A stretch of 64,000 nucleotides of DNA, from the NCBI GenBank assembly GCA_965223705.1, contig OZ245015.1, positions 320,001 to 384,000 on the forward strand. The letters are read 5' to 3'. The stretch comes from Myxococcota bacterium (lineage in GTDB: Bacteria > Myxococcota_A > UBA9160 > UBA6930). Position numbers and translations under genes: made by a program. Below the pieces are notes generated by a model, which was not told the origin of the DNA, ran no database searches, and saw nothing but the letters and a program-made list of their open reading frames with translations. Position 1 is the first letter of the stretch. Each line of letters opens with the position of its first letter. Positions 37,441 through 46,110 of this stretch are shown in pieces.

Positions 37441-39411
37441 CTAGCGCGCTTCGTGGAGGAGCGCCTGGAGCCGATCGACGGCGTCGACGCTTCCGAAAAT
37501 CAGCAGCCGATCGCCCGGCTCGAGCGCAAAATCCGCCGGCGGCCCCGGGAAGGACCGCGAGCCGCGTTCGACCACGAGGACGCTCGCTCCCGTTTGCGCA
37601 CGCACTCCCAGAGATTCGAGCGTCGCGTGCGACGGGATCGATTCCGGCACGTCGACCCAATCCGTCGGAATCTGCTCGAGGATCTCTGCCAGCCAAGGGT
37701 CGAGGCCCATCCCCGGCGGCGCACGCAATGCCTGGTAGCCCTCTTCGCGGAGCTCACCCGTGAAGCGCGCGATCGCACCCTCGGCCACCGTGCACTGGCG
37801 AAGAACTTCGGCCACGAGATCCACGGTTCCTTCGAGCTCTTCCGCTACGACGATATCGGCCCCGGTCGCGGAGAGTGGATCGAGCTCGAGGATGTAGCGG
37901 GTTTTCACCAGAATACGCGTGTTCGGAGCGAGCGTGCGCACCAGGGTGACGACTTCGCGCGTCGCGATAGGGTCGGAGACCGCGACGACGACAAATCGCG
38001 CGTGTTCAATGCCGAGCCTCTCGAGCAACGGACGTCGGGTCGCGTCGCCGTAGACGATTCGTTCGTTTCGCGCCTGCGCTTCCTCGACGACCGTCGGGTT
38101 CGTCTCTGTCGCGATATACGGGACGTCGATGGCGCGCAGCACCCGCGCGACATTGCGTCCCGCCAAGCCGAAGCCGATCACCACGCCGTGGTCGCGCAGC
38201 TCGTCGCTCTGTCGCAGCTGCTGGACGGATCCGACGGGGACACCTCGCTTCGTCGCGAGCCACCGGACGAGCACCGGGCCGGCGCGCATCAAGAAGGGGG
38301 TCGCGATCAGTGTGATGACGGAACCCGCAACGAACACTTGCTGGAAGCGGGCTCCCAGGAGACCCGCGTCACTCGCTTCGGTCGCCAATACAAACGAGAA
38401 CTCGCCGGTCTGCGCGAGTGCCAAGCCGGAGAGAATCGCGGTTCGCGGACTTCGGCGGAGCAGGAACAAAATAACGACGGCGATGAGGAGTGCTTTTCCG
38501 AGTACGACAGCCGTGACGTAGCCGAGCACTTCCATCGACAGATCGAGTGCTGTACTCGGATCGAGCAACATGCCGATCGCCGTAAAGAAGAGGCCGAGGA
38601 AGACGCCGCGAAGCGGAACGATCTCTGAAAAGAGCTGATAGGAATACGGGGATGTGGCCGCGACGATTCCGCCGACAAAGGCACCGACAGCCAACGTGAG
38701 GCCGATCTCTTCGGCGACGACCGCGGTTCCGATGACGAGAAGGAGCCCCACGAGGCTGAACAGCTCACGCGAACGCAAGTGGACGACGCGCACGAGCACG
38801 AGAGGCACGAGGAAGCGCGCTGCCGCGAAGAGCGCCGCGATTCCGAGAAGGGCCTTGCCGAGTGTGAGAGCGATGTCGTGCGGCGTGAACGCCGTCTCTC
38901 CCGCGAGGATCGGAATCGCCAAGAGGAATGGGACGATGCACAGATCCTGAAACAGCAAGATACCCACGGCGAGCTGGCCGTGGGGTGCATCGACTTCACC
39001 GCGTTCCTGGAGGAGCCCGATCACGAGCGCGGTACTCGACATCGTGATGAGTGCGCCGACGACAATCGACGTCGCCCAGGGCGCACCAAACGCGTGGGCG
39101 ACCGCCGCGCCGGCGCCGAGGGTTCCGACGACTTGCAGCGCGCCCGCCGTCGCGGCTGCCTTCCACATCCGCCGAACGCGTTCGATCGGAAGCTCGAGGC
39201 CGATCTCGAAGAGCAGAAACACCACTCCGAGCTCCGCCAAGGCGCGAACGCGATCGGGATCGTTGACGATGCCGAGAGCACCCGGGCCGAGGAGCGCCCC
39301 CATGACGAGAAATCCGGCGATCGCCGGAAGCCCGAGCCGCTCAAACAGAGCGACGCCCGCCGCAGCGACGGCTACGACGATCAGAAGCTCAGTAACGAGG
39401 CCCCCCTCCAA
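37441..39411 (-). CDS. CPA2 cation:proton antiporter (KefB/C-like) with TrkA-N/TrkA-C domains
   Basis: LAELGVVFLLFEIGLE, ILLFQD, LAQTGEFSFVL, GFGLAG, YGDAT. Confidence 0.92.
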   Translation of the reverse strand: MEGGLVTELLIVVAVAAAGVALFERLGLPAIAGFLVMGALLGPGALGIVNDPDRVRALAELGVVFLLFEIGLELPIERVRRMWKAAATAGALQVVGTLGAGAAVAHAFGAPWATSIVVGALITMSSTALVIGLLQERGEVDAPHGQLAVGILLFQDLCIVPFLLAIPILAGETAFTPHDIALTLGKALLGIAALFAAARFLVPLVLVRVVHLRSRELFSLVGLLLVIGTAVVAEEIGLTLAVGAFVGGIVAATSPYSYQLFSEIVPLRGVFLGLFFTAIGMLLDPSTALDLSMEVLGYVTAVVLGKALLIAVVILFLLRRSPRTAILSGLALAQTGEFSFVLATEASDAGLLGARFQQVFVAGSVITLIATPFLMRAGPVLVRWLATKRGVPVGSVQQLRQSDELRDHGVVIGFGLAGRNVARVLRAIDVPYIATETNPTVVEEAQARNERIVYGDATRRPLLERLGIEHARFVVVAVSDPIATREVVTLVRTLAPNTRILVKTRYILELDPLSATGADIVVAEELEGTVDLVAEVLRQCTVAEGAIARFTGELREEGYQALRAPPGMGLDPWLAEILEQIPTDWVDVPESIPSHATLESLGVRAQTGASVLVVERGSRSFPGPPADFALEPGDRLLIFGSVDAVDRLQALLHEAR

Positions 39412-39452
39412 GAGCTACGGCCCGGCGCTCGGGGGGAATCCCACGACGTTGC

Positions 39453-41162
39453 TCAGAACCGCGAGGACCGAAGGGTGACGTCGGACCGTTCCCACGCAAA
39501 GGAAAGACCGCGTCGGGCGAGTTCCGCTTGGGCACTCTTGCCTTGCGCGTCGAGAGCCAACGCGAGGCCCATGAGCGACCAACCGTTCTTCGGGTTCTTC
39601 TTCAGATCCGCTCGGTAGACTTGTTCGGCTTCCGCACTGCGACCGTTCTCGAGGAGAACGGCACCCAGGGCTTGCCGAACCGGGAAGTACCAAGGAGGCG
39701 GTTCCATATACACCAATGCGAGTTCTCGCGAGACGCCTTCCTCGAGGGCTGCGATCGCTTCGTCTACGGCACCGCGCTTCGCAGCGAGTTCGCCACTCAG
39801 GTGGGAGCTGGCAATTTCGAGGAGCGCTCTCGCCGGCGAGGTACCGCCTGCGACGAGCATCTCCTCCATCTCGGGCGTGGCGGCGATCTCGTCGAGCTTG
39901 GCCAGCTCGGCTTCCGCGTCGTCTAGCGCATCGGAACGAACCCGGGCCATCCCCCGTGTGTAGTGCCACATGCCCCGCACGTACTTCCAATCTTCGGGAG
40001 GGGCTTCGCCGGCGAGAATCGAATCCCAACGACCGAAGCGCGCCAACGTAAGCGTCGGGATCGCCAACCATTCCTGCACAAAGGGCCAGTCGTCGGCAAA
40101 GCCCTTGACGCTTTCGAAGAGCTTGCGCGCCGCGCCGATCGACGCCGCGCTCTGACCGCTCATCGAGGCTGCGGCCCACAAGAAGTGCACGTTGTGGGGG
40201 TAGTACCCGACGCGATAAAAGTCTCCACCGCGACACCAGGCGAAGAGGTCTTCGTCGGTATCGATGGCGCGAATATTCGATCCCCAGGCCTCGCCGTAGC
40301 GACCGACGCGCCAGTAGATGTGAGAGGACATGTGAACGAGGTGCCCGGCATCGGGCGCAATGGTGACGAGGCGATCGGCGGACGGCACGCCCTTTTCCGG
40401 AAAGTGCTCTTCAACCGCGTGGATGTAGAGATGATTCGCGCCCGGATGCATCGGATCGCGCTCGATCACCGCTTCGAGTACCGCCACGATCTTGTCGGTG
40501 TGCTCGCGCGGTTCCGCGTCGTCGGTCCAGTAATTCCACGGGTATAGATTCATCATCGATTCCGCGTAGATCGTCGCGACGTCGAGATCGTCGGGATACT
40601 TCTCGGCGAGCGCTCCCATCGCCTCGGCAAACGCGCCGTCGAGTGCGGCCCGGTCGGCCTCGGGATCCTCGGCGTAGCGCGTCGCGAGCGCATCGATCAG
40701 GTCCCGTTCGGCTTCACTCGCCTTGGGTGCGAGCTGTTGCGCCTGACCGAGGGCTTCCCAGGCGGCTGCTCCGGCCTCGGGGCCCATCGGCAAGTTGATG
40801 TTCGGCCCATACGCGAAGGACACGCCCCACCAGCAAATGGCGCAATCGGGATCGAGTCGGGCCGCTTCCCGAAACGCGGCAATCGCCTGCTCGTGATTGA
40901 AGCCGTAGGTGAGGACCAGACCTTGGTCGAAGTAGCGCTGCGCCTCGGCATTCCCCGTGCTGATGCGGCGCCCATACTCCCCTAGATCACGCCGCAGGCG
41001 CGGGCGGTACGCTTCCGCTTCCGGCGCTTCTCGCACGTCCGCGACCTCGGCGACCGGCTCCCCCTTTGACGCGGGCTCCCCAGTAGGCCCGCATCCGATG
41101 AGGCCACTCAAAGCGACAAAGCACACTCCCAAGCCTGCAAGAAACCGAGCGCCCGTCTTCAT
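39453..41162 (-). CDS. TPR-like lipoprotein with conserved His motifs
   Basis: LIGC lipobox; AQRYFDQG..YGFNH; HLYIH; HLVHMSSHIY. Confidence 0.8.
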   Translation of the reverse strand: MKTGARFLAGLGVCFVALSGLIGCGPTGEPASKGEPVAEVADVREAPEAEAYRPRLRRDLGEYGRRISTGNAEAQRYFDQGLVLTYGFNHEQAIAAFREAARLDPDCAICWWGVSFAYGPNINLPMGPEAGAAAWEALGQAQQLAPKASEAERDLIDALATRYAEDPEADRAALDGAFAEAMGALAEKYPDDLDVATIYAESMMNLYPWNYWTDDAEPREHTDKIVAVLEAVIERDPMHPGANHLYIHAVEEHFPEKGVPSADRLVTIAPDAGHLVHMSSHIYWRVGRYGEAWGSNIRAIDTDEDLFAWCRGGDFYRVGYYPHNVHFLWAAASMSGQSAASIGAARKLFESVKGFADDWPFVQEWLAIPTLTLARFGRWDSILAGEAPPEDWKYVRGMWHYTRGMARVRSDALDDAEAELAKLDEIAATPEMEEMLVAGGTSPARALLEIASSHLSGELAAKRGAVDEAIAALEEGVSRELALVYMEPPPWYFPVRQALGAVLLENGRSAEAEQVYRADLKKNPKNGWSLMGLALALDAQGKSAQAELARRGLSFAWERSDVTLRSSRF

Positions 41163-41233
41163 GTTCCCTCCCTCTTTCGTTTCTCAGCGACCACAAGAAT
41201 GGCACGCCCCGCAGAAGCGTCCACATCTCGTAA

Positions 41234-41257
41234 TTGTCACGGGATCGTCACGGGATC
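41234..41257 (+). promoter_or_regulatory. Pho-box-like 11-bp tandem direct repeat
   Basis: TTGTCACGGGA-TCGTCACGGGA-TC; perfect GTCACGGGATC x2. Confidence 0.6.
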
Positions 41258-41311
41258 GCCCCTTTGTCGCCGGGGTGACGGGCGAGGGTATCGCCGGGGA
41301 GGGCCGGTGCC

Positions 41312-42322
41312 GTGCGAGTCGGAATCAACGGCTTTGGACGAATGGGTCGCCTGGCTCTTCGAGTGGGACTGGCACGTCCGGAATGGAGCTTCGTTGCGGT
41401 CAACGAGATCGCCGGGGACCCCGAGCAACTCGCGTTGCTCTTGGAATTCGACTCCGCAAAGGGACGCCTTCCGACCCCGTGTCGCGCCGCCGAAGGCGCT
41501 CTGCACGTCGGTGACAGTCGCTTGCGGCTCACGCGCGAAGCCAGTCCCAGTGAGATCCCCTGGGCGGATCTCGGCGTCGACCTTGTACTCGAATGCACCG
41601 GGCGTTTTCGGCGGGCCGATTTGCTCAAGCCTCACCTCGCAGGGGGGGCTATGCGAGTGGTGGTCTCGTGCCCGGTTCCCGACGTGCCGAACATCGTGCT
41701 GGGCGTAAACGACAGCGATGACGCGATCCGCGGCGAGCCGATCGTGACCGCGGCGTCCTGCACGACGAACGCGCTGGCGCCGCTCGTTCGCGTGCTCCAC
41801 GACGCGGTCGGGATCGAGCGTGGTCTGGTGACAACGATCCACGCACCGACCAACTCTCAGGTCGTCCTCGATCGGCCGCACACCGACGCGCGGCGAGCGC
41901 GTTCTGCCGCAGCGAATCTCATTCCCACGACGACGAACTCTGCGCACGCGGTGGGGCTCATCGTTCCCGAGCTCGCCGGAAAGCTCGATAGCATCGCGAT
42001 CCGAACACCCGTGCAGAACGCGTCGCTCGTCGACGCGGTCTTTCATGTCTCGCGGGACACAACGGTGTCGGCGATCCGGGAGACGTTTTGCGCGGCCGCG
42101 GAAGGGCCGGCGCTAGCCGGCATCCTGGGCGTTGAAGATCGTCCCTTGGTGAGTTCCGACTTCGCACTCGATCCGCGCAGTGTCATTGTCGACACAAACA
42201 TGATCCGCGTGACAGACCACCGCCTCGTGAAGCTGGTCGCTTGGTACGACAATGAGTGGGGGTACGCGAACCGCTTGATGGAGCTCGCCGCACGGCTCGC
42301 CGGTTCGCTTTCCTCCTCGTGA
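41312..42322 (+). CDS. gap: ArsJ-associated glyceraldehyde-3-phosphate dehydrogenase
   Basis: GINGFGRMGR, TAASCTTNALAP, WYDNEWGYANR; overlaps arsJ. Confidence 0.9.
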   Translation: MRVGINGFGRMGRLALRVGLARPEWSFVAVNEIAGDPEQLALLLEFDSAKGRLPTPCRAAEGALHVGDSRLRLTREASPSEIPWADLGVDLVLECTGRFRRADLLKPHLAGGAMRVVVSCPVPDVPNIVLGVNDSDDAIRGEPIVTAASCTTNALAPLVRVLHDAVGIERGLVTTIHAPTNSQVVLDRPHTDARRARSAAANLIPTTTNSAHAVGLIVPELAGKLDSIAIRTPVQNASLVDAVFHVSRDTTVSAIRETFCAAAEGPALAGILGVEDRPLVSSDFALDPRSVIVDTNMIRVTDHRLVKLVAWYDNEWGYANRLMELAARLAGSLSSS

Positions 42323-43563
42323 CGACACGCGACACGTCGGCCCGGGGACTGGCCAACTACCTCTTCGTCACGACCGTCTACGGCGCGTTCACAGCTACCG
42401 ACGGCGCACTCCGCATGTTGGTGCTTCTTCACCTCTACGATCGGGGCCTCGGTCCCTTGGCTCTGGCGACGCTATTTGTCTTGTACGAGTTTTTCGGCGT
42501 CGTCACGAATTTGGTCGGGGGTTGGCTCGGTGCGCGGCTCGGGCTGAAGACGACACTGCTTGTCGGGCTCTTGTTGCAAGCAGCTGCCTGCGCCGCATTG
42601 GCGTACTTCGCCGAAGCCCTCACCGTGCCGATCGTCACGGTGGCACAGGGCGTCTCCGGCGTCGCGAAAGATCTGATCAAGATGAGCTCGAAGAGCTACG
42701 TGCGCTTCGTCGCTCCCGAATCGCATTCGACCGGCTTGCTCGCGTGGGTCAGCTGGATCACCGGCTCGAAGAACACACTCAAAGGGATCGGTTATTTCCT
42801 CGGCGGTTGGCTTCTCGGCGTGTTCGGTTTCTCCGCCACGTGCCTCGCGATGTCGCTCGGGATCCTCGTCGTCGCGCTGGTCGCCGCCACGAGACTCGTT
42901 TGGGTCGCAGCGGATCGCAAGGTGGCGTTTCGCAGCGTCTTCTCGCGCGACTTCCGTATCAACTATCTCGCCGCCGCGAGGCTTTGCTTGTTCGCGTCCC
43001 GCGACGTGTGGTTTGCTATCGCGCTGCCGGTTTTTCTCGCGACGGAATTCGGGTGGAGCTTTGCCGCGATCGGCGCGGTCCTGGCGGTCTGGGTTGTGGG
43101 CTACGGCGTGACCCAGACGCTGGTGCCGATCGCGCTTGAAGGCGGAGCCGAGACGTCGTCCGCACGGCACGGTGCTCGGCTCGCGATCTTCTCTGCCGCG
43201 TTGCTCTTGCCGCTCGTCGTCCTCGGGGTCTGGCTGCGCGCGGGGATTTCACCCGCGGCCTTGCTGGCACTCCTCGGAATCTTCGGCTTGCTCTTCGCGA
43301 TGAACAGCGCGCTGCATAGCTATCTCATCGTGTCCTTCGCACCCGAGCGACGCGTCGCGCAAAGCGTCGGCTTCTACTACACCGCGAACGCAGCGGGACG
43401 CCTGATCGGAACGTTCCTATCGGGTTTCGTCTACCAGTGGACGGGCCACGGCGCGGTCGGGCTCTCGGCTTGCATCGCGGTGGCGGCGCTCTTTGCAGGC
43501 AGCGCCGCATGGCTCGCGTGGCCCCTCCGGCGAGCCGAGGCTGCTAGTTTCGCCAGCGGATGA
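42319..43563 (+). CDS. arsJ: Organoarsenical efflux MFS transporter ArsJ
   Basis: AFTATDGALRMLV, YEFFGVVTNL, SGVAKDLIKMSSKS, TGSKNTLKG, FAMNSALHSYLI, VGFYY. Confidence 0.9.
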   Translation: MTTRDTSARGLANYLFVTTVYGAFTATDGALRMLVLLHLYDRGLGPLALATLFVLYEFFGVVTNLVGGWLGARLGLKTTLLVGLLLQAAACAALAYFAEALTVPIVTVAQGVSGVAKDLIKMSSKSYVRFVAPESHSTGLLAWVSWITGSKNTLKGIGYFLGGWLLGVFGFSATCLAMSLGILVVALVAATRLVWVAADRKVAFRSVFSRDFRINYLAAARLCLFASRDVWFAIALPVFLATEFGWSFAAIGAVLAVWVVGYGVTQTLVPIALEGGAETSSARHGARLAIFSAALLLPLVVLGVWLRAGISPAALLALLGIFGLLFAMNSALHSYLIVSFAPERRVAQSVGFYYTANAAGRLIGTFLSGFVYQWTGHGAVGLSACIAVAALFAGSAAWLAWPLRRAEAASFASG

Positions 43564-44084
43564 ACGAGCGTTTCCCACACTTGCTGCGACGACCCGCGAT
43601 CGCGCCGAACGCCTTCGTCGCGCCGAGTGCCGACGTGATGGGCGACGTGACCCTCGAGTCGGAGGCGAGCATCTGGTTTGGGTGCGTGCTCCGCGGCGAC
43701 GTCGAAGCGATACGTGTCGGTGCGCGCAGCAACCTGCAGGACCGCACCGTCGTCCATTCGGCCACCGGCGGCCCCGGCACCTCGATCGGTGCCGACGTCA
43801 GCGTGGGCCACGGCTGCGTTCTGCACGCCTGCACACTGGAAGACGGTGCCTTCGTCGGAATGGGCGCCATCTGTATGGATCGGGCGGTGGTCGAAGGGGG
43901 CGCGATGCTGGCGGCCGGCGCCTTGTTGCCGCCCGGCAAGCGGGTCCCGAGCGGCCAGCTCTGGAGCGGTCAGCCGGCGCGATACGTTCGAGACCTGCGG
44001 CCTCCGGAACTCGAAAACTTCCCGGCCGTGGTCGAGCGCTACGTCGCCTTGTCACGGCGCCACCGCGACCTCGCGAGTCGCTGA
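43560..44084 (+). CDS. Gamma carbonic anhydrase family protein
   Basis: Hexapeptide repeats; LRGD, NLQD..VVH, VGH..LHAC. Confidence 0.92.
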   Translation: MNERFPHLLRRPAIAPNAFVAPSADVMGDVTLESEASIWFGCVLRGDVEAIRVGARSNLQDRTVVHSATGGPGTSIGADVSVGHGCVLHACTLEDGAFVGMGAICMDRAVVEGGAMLAAGALLPPGKRVPSGQLWSGQPARYVRDLRPPELENFPAVVERYVALSRRHRDLASR

Positions 44085-44162
44085 TTCCCCCCAGGGAAAA
44101 AGTGTGCGGGCCTCGATTTTTCTTCAGTCGGGCGCCAATTCGGCCGTGCTATATTTCTAAGC

Positions 44163-44285
44163 ATGGACAACCACACCGAGACCAAGAAGACCGAAGAGCA
44201 GGCCTACGAGGCGCCCACGTTGCGCGTCCTCAATCTGAACTGCGAAATTTCGGCTTACGCGCCCGACGACGAGCCGCTTTTCTAA
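44163..44285 (+). CDS. pqqA: PQQ precursor peptide PqqA-like (40 aa)
   Basis: MDNHTETKKTEEQAYEAPTLRVLNLNCEISAYAPDDEPLF with aromatic-x-x-P leader and E-x-x-x-Y core (EISAY); PQQ-related neighbours. Confidence 0.8.
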   Translation: MDNHTETKKTEEQAYEAPTLRVLNLNCEISAYAPDDEPLF

Positions 44286-44362
44286 GCATCGTTTCTTACG
44301 GCGACCGCGATCAGCAAGAACGAACCAAAGAGTTCGACAGAAGAACTGCGCGCGGACATCGA

Positions 44363-45139
44363 TTGTCCTGCGCAGCGACTTTCTGCGCGGCGATTTGGCT
44401 TCTCGCCGATTCCGCGTTCGGCGCACCGCAAATACTCAGAATCGGATTCGCCGGAGACCCGAGCCACGCCGCCCGTCGCGGCGCCGAGCTCGGTGTGACG
44501 GAATCGAACCGCCAGGGACGCTACTTCGAAAAAGAGCTCCGACTCGAAACGGAATTCCCGACGGAAGGCGAAACGCCGGAAATCTGGATCGCAGTCGTCG
44601 AGAACGAAGAACTCGAAACCCTGGCGGAGTCCGGGGCCCTGGTCCTGTCCGCCTCGAGTGAGAGCGACGCAATGCGCGCTGCTTGTCGGCCGAATGTCCT
44701 CTTCACTTTGCCGAGCCGCGCGATGGGCCGGCGGGCGCTCGAGCGTGCGCCGAAAGCCGCCACGCGCGCGACTGCCGAAGCTTGGCATCCGTCGCTCGTC
44801 AAATACGCGGCGCGCGACTTGAACAGCCGCTACCGCGAAGCCTTCGACGAACCCATGAATTCGCTCGCCTGGGCCGGGTGGGCGGCAGCCCGCATATTGG
44901 GGGAGGCGTGGACCCGCGGCGCGGGTCCCGACGCGGCGAGCGTCACGCTGTATCTCCGTGAGAAACTCTCTTTCGACGGCCAAAAAGGTGTCGCGATGAG
45001 TTTCGCGCCGAACGGCCAGCTCGAGCAGGTGATGTTTCTGGTGAAGGACGGTCGCGTGGTCGGGGAGGTCCCTCGCGGCCAAAACGCGCAGACGGAGATT
45101 CGAAATCTGGTGAGCCCCGGTTGCGAAAAGACTCCGTGA
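44363..45139 (+). CDS. Periplasmic solute-binding-like protein of PQQ-dependent catabolism loci (start uncertain)
   Basis: ARRGAELGVTESNRQG, AWHPSL..YAARDLNSRY, AWAGWAA, FDGQKG...SFAPNGQL. Confidence 0.65.
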   Translation: MSCAATFCAAIWLLADSAFGAPQILRIGFAGDPSHAARRGAELGVTESNRQGRYFEKELRLETEFPTEGETPEIWIAVVENEELETLAESGALVLSASSESDAMRAACRPNVLFTLPSRAMGRRALERAPKAATRATAEAWHPSLVKYAARDLNSRYREAFDEPMNSLAWAGWAAARILGEAWTRGAGPDAASVTLYLREKLSFDGQKGVAMSFAPNGQLEQVMFLVKDGRVVGEVPRGQNAQTEIRNLVSPGCEKTP

Positions 45140-46110
45140 GACGTTTGTGCCTCTCCGTGTCGGTCGCTCTCCTGACGCTGCTCGCGTCGGCCTGCGGTCC
45201 GCAAGAGCCAATCCGCAGCGGTTGGTTGTTTGTCACGAACGAGGGTGACGACACTGTCTCGATCCTCGACCTCGCGACGAACGAGCCGTTGGAGACCCTC
45301 GCGGTCGGCGGAAGGCCCCGCGGAATCGGCGTGTCCCCGGCTCTCGATCGCGTGTTTGTGGCATTGGGCAACGACGACGCCATCGGTGTGATCGAAGTCG
45401 CGTCCTTGTCCCTAACCGGAACTATCGACGCTGGCTCAGACCCCGAAGCCTTCGGGGTCCACCCTTCGACAGGCAATATCTATCTCTCAAACGAAGATGA
45501 AGGGACGGCGACGGTGCTCGATCCGATCAGCGGCGAGCATCTCGCGGTCATTCCCGTCGGGATCGAACCGGAAGGCGTCGCTGTCTCGCCCGCGGGCGAC
45601 CGCGTGCTGATCACGGCAGAAGCGACGAACACGGTGCACGTGATCAGCATTCCCGAGCACGTCGAGGTCGCGACGTTCCTCGTGGGTCCTCGACCGCGCG
45701 AGGTGACCTTCACTCCGGATGGTGCGATCGCTTACGCCACCACCGAGATCGGACGGCAGATCTTCAAGTTCGACATGAGAACGAACGAGGAGGTCGCGCA
45801 GACGACCCTCGAAGATATCGCGACGAAACCGAAAGGGATCGTTCACCTGCCGAGCCGCAACGAGTTGTGGGTGACCACCGGGCGCGGAAACAGCGTGGTT
45901 GTGCTCGACGCCGACACGCTCGAGCTTCTCGCGACGGTGCCCGTCGGAAAGCGCGTCTGGGGGATCACCGCGGCGCCGGATGAGAGCGTCGTCTTCACGG
46001 CCGATGGCCTCGATAACGCGGTTTCGGAAGTCGACGTCGCCGAGAGAAGAGTGGTCCGGACGCTGCCGGTGGGTGAACGGCCGTGGGGGCTCGTCTACGT
46101 CCCCCGCTAG
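45136..46110 (+). CDS. PQQ-catabolism-associated YVTN beta-propeller lipoprotein
   Basis: ASAC lipobox; FVTNE, VGGRPRGI, GSDPEAF, YLSNED, VGIEPEG, VGKRVWG, VGERPWG repeats. Confidence 0.85.
   Translation: MRRLCLSVSVALLTLLASACGPQEPIRSGWLFVTNEGDDTVSILDLATNEPLETLAVGGRPRGIGVSPALDRVFVALGNDDAIGVIEVASLSLTGTIDAGSDPEAFGVHPSTGNIYLSNEDEGTATVLDPISGEHLAVIPVGIEPEGVAVSPAGDRVLITAEATNTVHVISIPEHVEVATFLVGPRPREVTFTPDGAIAYATTEIGRQIFKFDMRTNEEVAQTTLEDIATKPKGIVHLPSRNELWVTTGRGNSVVVLDADTLELLATVPVGKRVWGITAAPDESVVFTADGLDNAVSEVDVAERRVVRTLPVGERPWGLVYVPR

Noticed and set aside
43493..45139. 548-aa ORF spanning gamma-CA and pqqA
   Set aside because: The N-terminal part is Arg-rich off-frame sequence; only the region from about 44363 looks like a protein.
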